This document shows positions 50,278-59,517 of a stretch of DNA of 64,000 nucleotides, piece after piece (the stretch's first letter is position 1; each line of letters begins with the position of its first letter). The stretch is taken from IMG/VR virus record IMGVR_UViG_3300028831_000395, positions 1 to 64,000 of that record. The stretch is one strand, 5' to 3'. Origin of the DNA: a virus. Position numbers and translations under genes: made by a program. The notes beneath the pieces are model-generated. The model was not told where the DNA came from. It searched no databases and saw only the letters and a program-made list of their open reading frames with translations.

Positions 50278-50762
50278 CAGACGAGGCTTCCGAGGATGCC
50301 GCCGTGGGACGGATCGCCGTCGATGATCCAGCGCTCGACGATGCGCACCCACGTGTGCAGCTCGGCGTCGTGAGGCACGACGAGCGGGTAGGTCTCGTCG
50401 AGGTACCGGGCGTACTCGACGGCGGTGCCGAATATCAGGCCGTTGTGTTGCGCGAACGCGAAGTTGGAGCCGCCGGGGTGCGTTAGGGAGTCGCGCAGGT
50501 CCAGCGTTGCGTGCAGGACGCGCGGGTCCAGCCCGAGGCGCGCCTTGCGCTCGACGGTGCTCTCGGCGTTCGCCGGCCAGGGCGTGCGGGCGTACGCGCC
50601 CTGCGAGTCGAACTGCTTGGCGGCGGCGTCGTAGATCCGGTCGATGATGCCCTCCATGGCCGGCCGTACGTCCCGTGCTCGCTCCGCGATGAGCTTCAGG
50701 TCGCGCCGGGTCGCCGCCGAGTCGACGTCGATCCGAAGGCCGGCCTGCCTCTCGCGGTTCAC
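50277..50762 (-). CDS. Virion morphogenesis (Mu gpG-like) / head-tail joining protein candidate
   Basis: GTGA-coupled GTG. PAMEGIIDRIYDAAAKQFDSQG...WPANAESTVERK resembles the Mu G family. Confidence 0.45.
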   Translation of the reverse strand: MNRERQAGLRIDVDSAATRRDLKLIAERARDVRPAMEGIIDRIYDAAAKQFDSQGAYARTPWPANAESTVERKARLGLDPRVLHATLDLRDSLTHPGGSNFAFAQHNGLIFGTAVEYARYLDETYPLVVPHDAELHTWVRIVERWIIDGDPSHGGILGSLV

Positions 50763-51499
50763 CACCTCGTGCTCCAGGTGGTGCGCTCGAAGACGGGCGT
50801 GCGCCCCACGGGCGAGCCCACGACCGATCCGTCGGGGGCGGTGAGCGGGCACTGCGTGATGACGGCCTCCGCGACGGCCTTCGCGGAGTCCTTGCGCAGC
50901 GAGTTCAGCGCCTTGAACGCGGTCGTCTCGTCGGTCGTCTGCTCGCTGTAGTAGCTGACCTCGACGAGCTGCGCGGCGAGGTACGCGGCGGCGCTGCCCG
51001 CCGCGGTCTCGAGGACCGGCGTGCACGGCGTGCGACCGCGCATCATGCCGGCGATGTCGCCGACCGCTACGTCGATGAGCTCCTGCACCTGCTGGTAGGT
51101 CGGGCGCGTCGTCGTGGTGAACGTGCCCTGCTCGCCGGCGACCGTCGCGTCGCGCGACGCTGCCCCTCGGGTGCGCGACCGCACGATCGCGGCGACCTGC
51201 TCAACGGTCGGCCGGTACGGCGGCGACGGCGACAGCACGGGCGGGCTTGGCGTGGATGGGTTCGACGGCGTGACGTCGAAGCGGAAGCGGAAGAACGCCC
51301 GCTCGAGCGTGGCCGTGGTGACGGTGATCGCGACGGGGTTCGGCGTCGCGGGCGTCGGGTCGACGGCGATCGCCTGGTCGTCGATCTGCGTCCAGGTGGT
51401 CGGCGTCTCGGGCGTGGCCTGCTCGACGAGCACGCGCGTCCACGGCACGTCGTCGAAGCGCGCGGGAGGGGTCGTGTTCTCGAAGCTGTGGGTGAACAT
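50759..51499 (-). CDS. Head-tail connector/adaptor candidate (246 aa)
   Basis: Assigned by position; protein-like sequence. Confidence 0.45.
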   Translation of the reverse strand: MFTHSFENTTPPARFDDVPWTRVLVEQATPETPTTWTQIDDQAIAVDPTPATPNPVAITVTTATLERAFFRFRFDVTPSNPSTPSPPVLSPSPPYRPTVEQVAAIVRSRTRGAASRDATVAGEQGTFTTTTRPTYQQVQELIDVAVGDIAGMMRGRTPCTPVLETAAGSAAAYLAAQLVEVSYYSEQTTDETTAFKALNSLRKDSAKAVAEAVITQCPLTAPDGSVVGSPVGRTPVFERTTWSTRW

Positions 51500-51500
51500 C

Positions 51501-53348
51501 TCAGACGGGTCTGCCTGGCCGGGTCCCGGCGACGATCGGTTGGTGCTGCCCGACGCTCGTCGGGTAGCCGGGGCGCGTGCTCACAGTGTGCCCGACGACT
51601 GGTGCGTCGAAGTGCAGCGCGGCGACGACGGGGACGGGCGCTCGCCCCGTCGCGAGGGCCGCGACGACCTGGATCGTCGAGTCCGCTCGAACGGTGTGCG
51701 TGACCGACGGGACCGTCATCAGCGCGGCCGGCGCGGCAACCACGACGTGCGCCGCGGCCGTCGCGGGCGGAGCCGATCCGGTCGCCGTCGCGGGTGGCGC
51801 GAGGACGGTGGCGAGCGTCGTGATGGCGGGCGCGGGCGCCGAGCCCGTCGCGACGCCGGGCAGCGCGAGCACGACCGCCGCCGCGGTCGGGGTGGGCGTC
51901 GGCGCCGCGCCCGTCGCGTGCGCTGCGGGTGCCGCGACCTCGGCGGTGGCGGACGGCGCGGGTGCGGGCGCGGTGCCAGACGCGGCGGCCACCGGGGCGA
52001 CTACGTCGGCGCTGCCGGTGCCGAACACCGACGGCGCCGGGGCTGTACACGCCGCCACGGCCGGCGGCGCGGCGATCTCGGACGTGGCGGTCGGCGTCGG
52101 GGGCGGTGCGGTACCGCTCGCCGCGGCGGGCGGGCTCGCGATCGTCGCGCCGGCCGACACGCTGGGGGCGGGGGCGCTGCCCGACGCGGTCGCCGCGACG
52201 ACCGGCGTCGCGATGACGGGCACCGGGGAGGGTGCGCTGCCGACCGCGGCGGCCGGCGGAGCCGCGACGTTCGAGGCCGCCGCGACGACGGGCGCCGGCG
52301 CGGAGCCGACCGCTCCGGCTGCCGGGCTCGTCACGCTGCTGCCCGCCTGCACCGTCGGCGTCGGCGCGGCGCCCGCGGCGGTAGCCGCCGGGGCGGCGGC
52401 GGTGTAGGAGGCCGCCACGCTGCCGGCGGGGGCGCTGCCGACAGCGGTCGCCGCGGGCGCGACGACGAGCGCCCCGGCCACGGGTGCCGGAGCCGGCGCG
52501 CTGCCGAGCGCTACGGCCGCGGGCGTCGTGACGTTCGCGCCGGCCAGCACCGCGGGGACGGGCGCCGCGCCGACCGCGGCTGCTGCCGGGCTGGTGACGG
52601 TGCTGCCCGCCGACGGCGCCGGTGCCGGCGCGGCTCCCGAGCCGACCGCGGCGACCGCGACGACGGTCGCGTTCACGACCGCCGCGCCGACCGGCGGCGC
52701 GCCGCCGCCGAGCATGACCGGCATCACGGGCGGGTGCGTCGCGCCGAGGACCGCGCCGGTGATCGTCATGTGTCGCTGCCCCGCGGTGTAGTCGCGCTCG
52801 GGCGACGAGGTCCCCCACGCCGGCACCCACAGCACGAGGCTTGCCGGCCGGATCAGCAGCGGCGACAGACCGCGGGCGTGCGCGGCGAGCTCGGCGGCGG
52901 TCAGCGCGACGGACCAGATCGCGCAGTCCGCGATCTGCGCGTTCAGGAACGACAGCAGCGTGCCGTTCAGCATGAGCCCGCCGATGCTGCTGCGGTTCAT
53001 CGTGCCGGGCACCCACGCGTTCGTCAGCGGCGTACCGGCGACGCCGTCCTTGTAGGCGACGTAGCTCGTGTTGCTCGTGACGACGCCGACGATCGTCGCC
53101 CACGCGGTCGTGACGAGCGTCCCGGCGAGCGCCGTCCCGCCGCCCGGGCCGACCTCCATGAACGCGCGTCCCGACCCGTCCATGCCGAGCGCGATGTAGG
53201 AGTTCGTCGTCGTCGAGCCGACGCCGAGCGCGGTGCCGTTGGCGATCGACGTCGGCTTGACTCGCGCGGCGAACGTCAGCGGCGCCACGGATACGGCGGC
53301 CGACGTTGCGAGAAGGACGTCGTCGATGCCGTCGCAGCTACGCGACAC
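51501..53348 (-). CDS. LamG/concanavalin-like lectin domain protein with a long Ala/Pro-rich tandem-repeat tail
   Basis: N-terminus CDGIDDVLL...FAARVKP...TAWATIVGVV..YVAYKDG..IGG is LamG (Laminin_G_3)-like. It is followed by about 14 repeats of 22 aa. Confidence 0.65.
   Translation of the reverse strand: MSRSCDGIDDVLLATSAAVSVAPLTFAARVKPTSIANGTALGVGSTTTNSYIALGMDGSGRAFMEVGPGGGTALAGTLVTTAWATIVGVVTSNTSYVAYKDGVAGTPLTNAWVPGTMNRSSIGGLMLNGTLLSFLNAQIADCAIWSVALTAAELAAHARGLSPLLIRPASLVLWVPAWGTSSPERDYTAGQRHMTITGAVLGATHPPVMPVMLGGGAPPVGAAVVNATVVAVAAVGSGAAPAPAPSAGSTVTSPAAAAVGAAPVPAVLAGANVTTPAAVALGSAPAPAPVAGALVVAPAATAVGSAPAGSVAASYTAAAPAATAAGAAPTPTVQAGSSVTSPAAGAVGSAPAPVVAAASNVAAPPAAAVGSAPSPVPVIATPVVAATASGSAPAPSVSAGATIASPPAAASGTAPPPTPTATSEIAAPPAVAACTAPAPSVFGTGSADVVAPVAAASGTAPAPAPSATAEVAAPAAHATGAAPTPTPTAAAVVLALPGVATGSAPAPAITTLATVLAPPATATGSAPPATAAAHVVVAAPAALMTVPSVTHTVRADSTIQVVAALATGRAPVPVVAALHFDAPVVGHTVSTRPGYPTSVGQHQPIVAGTRPGRPV
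51729..52658 (-). repeat. About 14 tandem 66-bp (22-aa) coding repeats
   Basis: The G(S/A/T)APAP core recurs at aa 236, 260, 282, 304, 326, 348, 370, 390, 412, 434, 458, 480, 502 and 524 of the protein. Confidence 0.75.
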
Positions 53349-53354
53349 GCACGC

Positions 53355-53636
53355 TCACCACCTCTTGACGGCCGTCAGCACGCACGGGCCCGTCGCGTCG
53401 TTCTCGAGGCACTGGTGCCAGTGCACGACGGAGTTGGCCTGCGGCGTGCCCATCGCCGCGATCAGCGCGTACGTCGACTGGATCGACGCGGGCGTGTCGC
53501 TCGAGCGGTCGACGATCAGGCTCGGCAGGCGCGCGAGCGTCGTCTGCACGGTCCCGGCCGACCCGATCTGCGCCTGCGCCGACGATCGCACGGTCGAGAG
53601 CGAGAAGCGCAGCTCGGCGTGCAGGCGGTAGACCAC
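53355..53636 (-). CDS. Hypothetical structural-module protein (93 aa)
   Basis: Protein-like composition. Confidence 0.5.
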   Translation of the reverse strand: MVYRLHAELRFSLSTVRSSAQAQIGSAGTVQTTLARLPSLIVDRSSDTPASIQSTYALIAAMGTPQANSVVHWHQCLENDATGPCVLTAVKRW

Positions 53637-53639
53637 GCC

Positions 53640-54161
53640 CTAGACGTCGGCGTACTCGAAGAACGCGTTGAACAGCAGCGCGGCGCCGGCCATCGTGTCG
53701 GCGGCGTCGGCTCCGTCGCGGGCCAGGAAGAACTCGACCTCCTCGTCGGCCGCGAAGTTCGCGGCGGTCAGGCTCGACGTGATCTCGAGGCGGCGGTGCG
53801 CTGCGCCCGGCGCGGCGTCGGTGACGGTGACGGCCTGCTCGGTGCCGGACTGGTCGAGACTGGTCGTGTCGTTGCCGGCGACGGTGCGGTAGTCGAAGTC
53901 CCACACGACGTTCCCGCTCGTCAGCGTGGCGGTCCACACGATCACGAGCACCGACGAGCCGACGTAGTTCTTCGGGACGGTGAACCCGCCGTGCGCGCCG
54001 TGTCGGACGGTGGGTTGCGCCGCGTTGCTCGCGCCGAACCGCAGCACGAGGCGCTTCCACGCGTCGTTGGTCGCGAGGACGTCGTAGGGCTCAAGCCAGC
54101 ACTCGCCCGTGTCGTCTGGACGCATCGACCACCCGAAGATGGGGAGGCGGTGCGTCGCCAT
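53640..54161 (-). CDS. Hypothetical structural-module protein (173 aa)
   Basis: Beta-rich, protein-like sequence. Confidence 0.55.
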   Translation of the reverse strand: MATHRLPIFGWSMRPDDTGECWLEPYDVLATNDAWKRLVLRFGASNAAQPTVRHGAHGGFTVPKNYVGSSVLVIVWTATLTSGNVVWDFDYRTVAGNDTTSLDQSGTEQAVTVTDAAPGAAHRRLEITSSLTAANFAADEEVEFFLARDGADAADTMAGAALLFNAFFEYADV

Positions 54162-55004
54162 CTACGTCACGTCGAAGACGGCGACGCCCAGGCTGTCGAA
54201 GGTGATCTGGAACGTGCCGGCGGTCGTCGCGACGGTCCCGCCGAAGTCGATCGCGGCGAGCAGCGGCGACGTGCTCGCGGTGCCGGTGCTCTTGTAGATG
54301 ACGGCGTCCGTCGCCGAGACCGTCGAGGACCCCCACGAGGGGTTGGCGGCGGCGAGGCGGATCTGGTCGGTGGCGGTGTCGTACGTCGCGGTCTTCGACC
54401 CCAGCGTCTGGCCGCCCGCCGTGTAGCCCGTCCCGGTGACCTCCGTCGCGGAGACGTCATCGAAGAAGTCGTGCGTGTCCTGGTTGGCGGTGTAGCCGGT
54501 CAGCAGCGCCGCCTTCTGCGTGTCGGTGTCCCAATCGTTGACGGCGGTCCCGTCGTATTGGTTCTTCATCGGGACGCCGTACAGCAGCGCCGTGACGGCG
54601 CCGAGCGGGACGCCCTCCTCGCCGAGGCGCTGCAGCATCGCGGCCCACGCCTTGGGGTCGTGCTGCAGCACGAGCAGCTCGTTCACCAGCCGGGTGACGT
54701 CGATCGGGACCTCGCGGACGGCCTCGACGACGTAGAGCTTGCCCTGCAGGTGCTGGTGCAGCTTGCCACGCGCGCGCTTGTCGCCGCCGAGCACCTTGCC
54801 GTCGTCGTCGATGACGCCGCCGTCGAGGATCGCTTGGCGCTGGTCGTCGGTCAGGTACGGGTCGGCGTCGAGCTTGTAGTTCACCGCATCGCGCTCGAGC
54901 AGCACGCACCGCGCCTTGGCCTCCTCCTCCGAGTCGGCGCTCAGCGTGACGAGCCGCGACTGCTCGTCGGTCTGCGACCGCATCCGGACCTCGAACTTCG
55001 GCAT
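54162..55004 (-). CDS. Hypothetical structural-module protein (280 aa)
   Basis: Protein-like composition. Confidence 0.55.
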   Translation of the reverse strand: MPKFEVRMRSQTDEQSRLVTLSADSEEEAKARCVLLERDAVNYKLDADPYLTDDQRQAILDGGVIDDDGKVLGGDKRARGKLHQHLQGKLYVVEAVREVPIDVTRLVNELLVLQHDPKAWAAMLQRLGEEGVPLGAVTALLYGVPMKNQYDGTAVNDWDTDTQKAALLTGYTANQDTHDFFDDVSATEVTGTGYTAGGQTLGSKTATYDTATDQIRLAAANPSWGSSTVSATDAVIYKSTGTASTSPLLAAIDFGGTVATTAGTFQITFDSLGVAVFDVT

Positions 55005-55019
55005 CGCGGCTCGCCTCCT

Positions 55020-55619
55020 CTATGCCTTCGTCGCGCCGACGACGTCGTCGGTGACGGGGGCGCTGTAGACCACCGTCATGCGGGTGCGCCCGGCCGTCCC
55101 AGAGCCGCCCACGGTCGTGACCACGCCGATGATCGACCTCGCCGCGACGGCGTACCGCGGGGACACCTGCGAGCTCGCGATGTACGCGCCGGCCTTGCCG
55201 CCCGCCTGCGCGAGGCTGATCGACTCGCCGGCGAGCAGGTCGGTCGCCTTGAGGTCGACGGCCGTGAAGTAGCCGTCGTCGTCGGTGCCGTCGCCGACCT
55301 TCAGCACCGCCGACGTCGCGGCGGTCCACAGCGCCACGCCGTTGACGATCACGTCGATGAGCGTCGCGCCGGCCGGCAGCGGGACGCTCGCGGTGTACGT
55401 GCCGGCGCCGGCGGTCTCGGTGAACGTGCGCTCGACGGCGTAGGCGCAGCCGGCGCCCTCGAGCGAGACCATCATCCGCCCGAGGCTGTCGCGCTTCAGG
55501 CCTCGGGTGAACGCGTCGTGCGCGCCGGCGTGCGCGGTGCTCGCGACCGCGGCGCTGGACACGTTCATGCGTAGAGCCCCCGCCGTGTTCTTCAGCAGGC
55601 CGCGGAACAGGTCACCCAT
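55020..55619 (-). CDS. Hypothetical capsid-associated protein (199 aa)
   Basis: Assigned by position, downstream of the capsid gene. Confidence 0.5.
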   Translation of the reverse strand: MGDLFRGLLKNTAGALRMNVSSAAVASTAHAGAHDAFTRGLKRDSLGRMMVSLEGAGCAYAVERTFTETAGAGTYTASVPLPAGATLIDVIVNGVALWTAATSAVLKVGDGTDDDGYFTAVDLKATDLLAGESISLAQAGGKAGAYIASSQVSPRYAVAARSIIGVVTTVGGSGTAGRTRMTVVYSAPVTDDVVGATKA

Positions 55620-56127
55620 CGTCCTCGCCTCCGTCGTCGTCGCGCTTGAGGGCGTCGGCGCCCATGTCGGGGTCTCCCGGCTGCGGCGTGTCGGCTGGTC
55701 CGCCCGGCTCCGCCGCGTCCGGGTTGACGATCGGCGATGTCTCGGCGAGCGCCGGGCTGATCATCGCCGCCTGCACCTCGGCGCCGACCTCGGGATTCTC
55801 CAGCGCGGCGCGGATCATCCCGAGGATCTCAGGGCGCGTTCGCGCCCCCGTCAGACGGATGCGGCGAGCGTCGGCGAACTGCCGCAGCTCCTTGATCGTC
55901 GTGTTCGGGTCGTTGAGGTCGATCGCCAGGCCGCCGTCCGGCTGCGGGTCCTCGGCGTTCTCGGCCGGTTCCTGCGGCTCGATGAGGATCGCCGTGCCGT
56001 CCGCGACGAGGCGCTGCGCGTCGGCGTCGCTGAGCTCGACGCGGTCGCCGCGGATCTTCGGCCGGTAGGCGTCGTCGGCGAGCGGGCGCACGAGCGCGCC
56101 AACCGCTGTGATCTCCACCAGGGCCAT
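55612..56127 (-). CDS. Protein with a Rho_N/SAP-like helix-extended-helix motif (171 aa)
   Basis: TIKELRQFADARRIRLTGARTRPEILGMIRAAL. Confidence 0.5.
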   Translation of the reverse strand: MALVEITAVGALVRPLADDAYRPKIRGDRVELSDADAQRLVADGTAILIEPQEPAENAEDPQPDGGLAIDLNDPNTTIKELRQFADARRIRLTGARTRPEILGMIRAALENPEVGAEVQAAMISPALAETSPIVNPDAAEPGGPADTPQPGDPDMGADALKRDDDGGEDDG

Positions 56128-56131
56128 GCGA

Positions 56132-57094
56132 TCACGCCGCCAGGTCGGCCGTTGCCGTGCCGGTCAGCTGCAGCAGCCCGTAGGGGTTGTCCACGAAGTA
56201 CGCGGCCGATCCGACGCACTGCACGACGTCGCGGCGGCGGCGGCGCTCGGGGATGATCTCGGTCATGATCGGCTCCTCCCACGCGGTGCCGCCGACGTTG
56301 CCGGTCGAGTACAGGATCGGCTGGCCGCGCGGCACGTCGCCGGTGTTGTCCGACGTGATCCGTGCGAGCCCGAGCGCCCGCGCGAGCGCCTGCAGCTGGT
56401 TGAGCTGCAGCGTCTCGTTGGCCTGCCCGTTGGCGTTCTTGAGGTAGATCGTGCTCAGCCGCCAGATGTCCAGCGGGTGAGCGAGCATCGCGTCGTACAC
56501 CCATGGCACGCGGGCCTGCTGCTGCTGCGCGTTGACGAGCGCCAGCGTCGAGTGTGGCCAGCTCGCGACGGGGTCGGGGTTCGCGCCGTCGGTGACGAGC
56601 GCCGACCAGTCGGTCGCCGCCTGCGTCCGGGACGCGGCCGCGATCGCCGCGAGGATGACCGCGACGGCGCGCCCGTTGAACTTGTCGGCGATCGAGTGCG
56701 AGAGCGCGAGCTCCTTGCGGTTGATCACGAACATCTGGTTGCGGATGCGCTCCGTGTCGCTGATCGTGTAGCCGAGACCGTCAGCGGATGCGCGCGCGAC
56801 CTTGAGGTCTCCCTCGAAGTGGCCGGCGAGCGGAACCTCAGCGTCGGGCGCGAGGGGCTCCGCCTTGCGCGTCATCGTCGAGTAGCGCGGATCCCACTCC
56901 TGAAAGATGATGACGCCGCCGCCCGGCGCACCGACGTTCGGGAGGATCTCGTCGGCGAAGTAGCGAAAGTTCGTCGCCTCGCCGACGCGGCGGTCGATGA
57001 CCCGCGGGTTGTTGATGAGGTACGAGACGGTGATGTCCGCACCCGAGACGGTGGCCGCGTTCCCGACGGGGAGGCCGGCGACTTCGGTTGGCAT
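56132..57094 (-). CDS. Major capsid protein
   Basis: 320 aa, downstream of the protease/scaffold and DUF2190 genes. Composition is typical of HK97-fold or E-like capsid proteins. Confidence 0.65.
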   Translation of the reverse strand: MPTEVAGLPVGNAATVSGADITVSYLINNPRVIDRRVGEATNFRYFADEILPNVGAPGGGVIIFQEWDPRYSTMTRKAEPLAPDAEVPLAGHFEGDLKVARASADGLGYTISDTERIRNQMFVINRKELALSHSIADKFNGRAVAVILAAIAAASRTQAATDWSALVTDGANPDPVASWPHSTLALVNAQQQQARVPWVYDAMLAHPLDIWRLSTIYLKNANGQANETLQLNQLQALARALGLARITSDNTGDVPRGQPILYSTGNVGGTAWEEPIMTEIIPERRRRRDVVQCVGSAAYFVDNPYGLLQLTGTATADLAA

Positions 57095-57112
57095 GAGAGG
57101 TCAGCCTCCCTT

Positions 57113-57493
57113 TCAGGTCTGCAGCACGACGAGCGCGTACGCGGCCGCCGCTGCGGTTGTGATGGCGAGCCCGACGCGCTTGCCGGAAGCGATGTCCTGC
57201 ACCGTGCCGGTAGCGAGAGCCTCGACGATCTTGCCGGCCGTCACGCCGGTGCCGCCCGCGAGGACCGGTACGACGAAGCCGGCCTTGTAGACGACGACGT
57301 CGCCGTTCTGAGCGACGTCGTCGCCGGCGACGCCGAGCGGCTCGTCGGTCGCGCCGCAGTGCTTGATCGGCGTCGGCTCGCCGTCCGCCTTCGTGGCGGC
57401 GACGCAGACGACCCGGCCGCCGGTGACGGCCGCGCCGGTCGCGCGTCCGGTGATCGCCTGCGCCGGATCGTAGATCGGGGTAGCAAGTGCCAT
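57113..57493 (-). CDS. DUF2190-like head decoration/cement protein
   Basis: 126 aa, Gly/Ala/Val-rich, immediately upstream of the capsid gene (characteristic pairing). Confidence 0.55.
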   Translation of the reverse strand: MALATPIYDPAQAITGRATGAAVTGGRVVCVAATKADGEPTPIKHCGATDEPLGVAGDDVAQNGDVVVYKAGFVVPVLAGGTGVTAGKIVEALATGTVQDIASGKRVGLAITTAAAAAYALVVLQT

Positions 57494-57505
57494 GTGCAGG
57501 TTCTC

Positions 57506-59107
57506 CTATGCGCGGCGAGCGCGCATCTCGGCGCGCTGGCTCGGCGTGAGCAGGGACACGTTCGCGGGCAGCGGCTCGTCGGCGGGGAACGGATCGGCGT
57601 CCGGGCCCGGGATGCTGGCTCGAGCGTCGAGCGGCACGCGGCCGGCCGGCAGGGCAGCGAGCGCCGCCTGCGCCGCCTGAGCCCGCGCGAGCGACGCTGC
57701 GTCGGGCGCGTCGCCGGGATCAATCTCGGTGCGCCACGCCTCGCGGACCGACGGTGCGATCCGTCCGTCCAGCACGGCCGCCGAGGCGGCGGCGTCCAGC
57801 TGTCGACGCTCGTTGGCGCGTCGCTCCTGGCGGGCGAGCGAGACCTCGCGCTCCATCTCCTCGAACCGCGCGCGGTCCACCGCAACGGTCAGCGACGACG
57901 CCGGCGCGGCGGCGGCCCTCGCGGCGGCACCCGCGGGCTCGCGGTCTCCCGCCGGCTCGCCCGCGGGATCGTCGGCCGGCTCATCGTCTGGGTCGGGCTC
58001 CGCGGGCGGGTCGCCCTCCGGCGCCGGGTCGCCGGGCGTCTCGGCCTGCGCCTGCGCCAGGACGGTTGCGGCCTGGATCTGCTCGTCGCTCGCTGCGTCG
58101 GGGTCGAGCCCCATGCCGGCGAGCACGTCTCGGACGGATTCGTCCATCGTGACCCCTTCGGGTTCGGGCCGCGCGTCGGCGGCGTTGGCTCCTGCTGCAG
58201 CTGCGGCGGGCTGCCGCGGCGGCTTGCTCGGTCGCGCGAACGACGCGACGAGGCGCTGCGACGCGGCCAGCGGCACGAACGTCTGGCGCACCTGGACGGG
58301 CGACCCGAACGTGACCTCGTCCTCGCCGTCCGTCGAGAACGGAACCGACCAGAGGCTGCCCTGCTCGTCGTCGGCGATGACCTCGTTCGGGTCGAGGCGG
58401 ATGTCGCGGGCCCACCACCAGTAGGTGTCCTGCTCGGCGCCGTTGTCCTCTGCCATCGCCCAATCGAAGTTGAACCGCGTCCAGACGACATCCGTTGACA
58501 CGCTGAGCGCCGCGGGTGCTGCGGGCTGTCCTGCTGGCACGTCCGGCTCCTCTCTGGCTGCTAGGGCTGCTGGTCCGCTCACGAGGAGGGTCTGTAGGTC
58601 CTCGAGGTCGGCGATCGCGGGGATGTAGACGCCGAGCAAAGAGACGGCGGTTACCACCATGGAATACCGCTTGCCTCCCGGCGTTTGCACATCGAAGTCC
58701 ACCGCAGCGACCTGCCACGTCGCCTCGCTGGACCGGTTCGGGTACGCCGCGGGCGCCGTCTCGGCGAGCCACGTGAGGATGTTCGTGGCGTCGCCGACGA
58801 GCACCGCGCCGTCGTTCTTGGCGGCGAGGTTGTGGAACTGCCCGAACGCCGGCTCGGCGTCTCCGATCGCCGCGAACGGGTCGAAGTCGGGCACGTCGCC
58901 GTTCAGCGTCGACGTGTGCCCGAGCTTGATCCGCGGCACCTGGATGTGCGGATCGTCGTTCGCGGCGACGATCGCGTCGGCGATGTGCTCCATGGTGATC
59001 GTGACCGGGCCCGACATCGCCGGCCACTCCATCCCGGCGGTCATCAGCTCGACGCCGAGCAGGTAGTCCGGGACGTCGTCGCCGGTCAGGAACAGCGAGT
59101 CAGCCAT
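57506..59107 (-). CDS. Head maturation protease / scaffold (Mu gpI-like)
   Basis: Start at MADSLFLTGDD. N-terminal globular part, acidic Pro-rich linker, C-terminal helical scaffold-like region. Lies between the portal and capsid genes. Confidence 0.55.
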   Translation of the reverse strand: MADSLFLTGDDVPDYLLGVELMTAGMEWPAMSGPVTITMEHIADAIVAANDDPHIQVPRIKLGHTSTLNGDVPDFDPFAAIGDAEPAFGQFHNLAAKNDGAVLVGDATNILTWLAETAPAAYPNRSSEATWQVAAVDFDVQTPGGKRYSMVVTAVSLLGVYIPAIADLEDLQTLLVSGPAALAAREEPDVPAGQPAAPAALSVSTDVVWTRFNFDWAMAEDNGAEQDTYWWWARDIRLDPNEVIADDEQGSLWSVPFSTDGEDEVTFGSPVQVRQTFVPLAASQRLVASFARPSKPPRQPAAAAAGANAADARPEPEGVTMDESVRDVLAGMGLDPDAASDEQIQAATVLAQAQAETPGDPAPEGDPPAEPDPDDEPADDPAGEPAGDREPAGAAARAAAAPASSLTVAVDRARFEEMEREVSLARQERRANERRQLDAAASAAVLDGRIAPSVREAWRTEIDPGDAPDAASLARAQAAQAALAALPAGRVPLDARASIPGPDADPFPADEPLPANVSLLTPSQRAEMRARRA

Positions 59108-59282
59108 CACGCCTCGGCGGCTTGCGAAACCACTGATCGCAGCGCACACAGATCCACCCGGCGCGTAGCCAGCGTCGACATGGGATCACGTTGTGGGCAC
59201 ATGCCGCCCGGGCGGGCGGTATGACGATGTCCTGCTCGGGCAGACCTTCAGGGTTGCTCATCGACCTGCGGGAATTAACCAT
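59100..59282 (-). CDS. Small Cys-containing protein (60 aa or shorter)
   Basis: Coupled ORF; CRRW..CVRC. Confidence 0.35.
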   Translation of the reverse strand: MVNSRRSMSNPEGLPEQDIVIPPARAACAHNVIPCRRWLRAGWICVRCDQWFRKPPRRDG

Positions 59283-59517
59283 CGCGGTGCACCAGCATCA
59301 GGTCGTATCCGATGAGCTCGCGCAGCCAGGCGGGGCGCGGCTGCTGCGCGATCGCGTCGGCCGCTACAGCGACGTTGCCGACGCGGTCTAGGACGCGGGC
59401 GAGGATGACGGGGTCGGTAGCCGAGCGCATCTGCACGCCGGTCGCCGCGACCAGCTCGCGTAGCTCAGCGACGTCGGTGCGCGCCCGGCACTCCGCGAGC
59501 GAACCAGGAGCACTCAC
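59275..59517 (-). CDS. Hypothetical protein (80 aa)
   Basis: GTGA-coupled GTG after the portal gene stop. Confidence 0.45.
   Translation of the reverse strand: MSAPGSLAECRARTDVAELRELVAATGVQMRSATDPVILARVLDRVGNVAVAADAIAQQPRPAWLRELIGYDLMLVHRDG

Noticed and set aside
51729-52658. Regular 66-bp tandem repeats, considered as a possible CRISPR-like array or DGR variable region.
   Set aside because: The repeats are contiguous with no unique spacers, are in frame and encode a 22-aa Ala/Pro-rich unit inside a long ORF. No reverse transcriptase or template repeat is present in the window.
51114-55574. A 1486-aa plus-strand ORF, with similar very long plus-strand ORFs at 41945-43888, 43885-45291, 45084-46931, 56108-58498 and 59616-61850.
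   Set aside because: Their translations are dominated by Arg, Gly, Asp, Ala and Pro runs with no motifs. They lie antisense to minus-strand genes that have clear phage structural signatures. They are typical shadow ORFs of a GC-rich genome.
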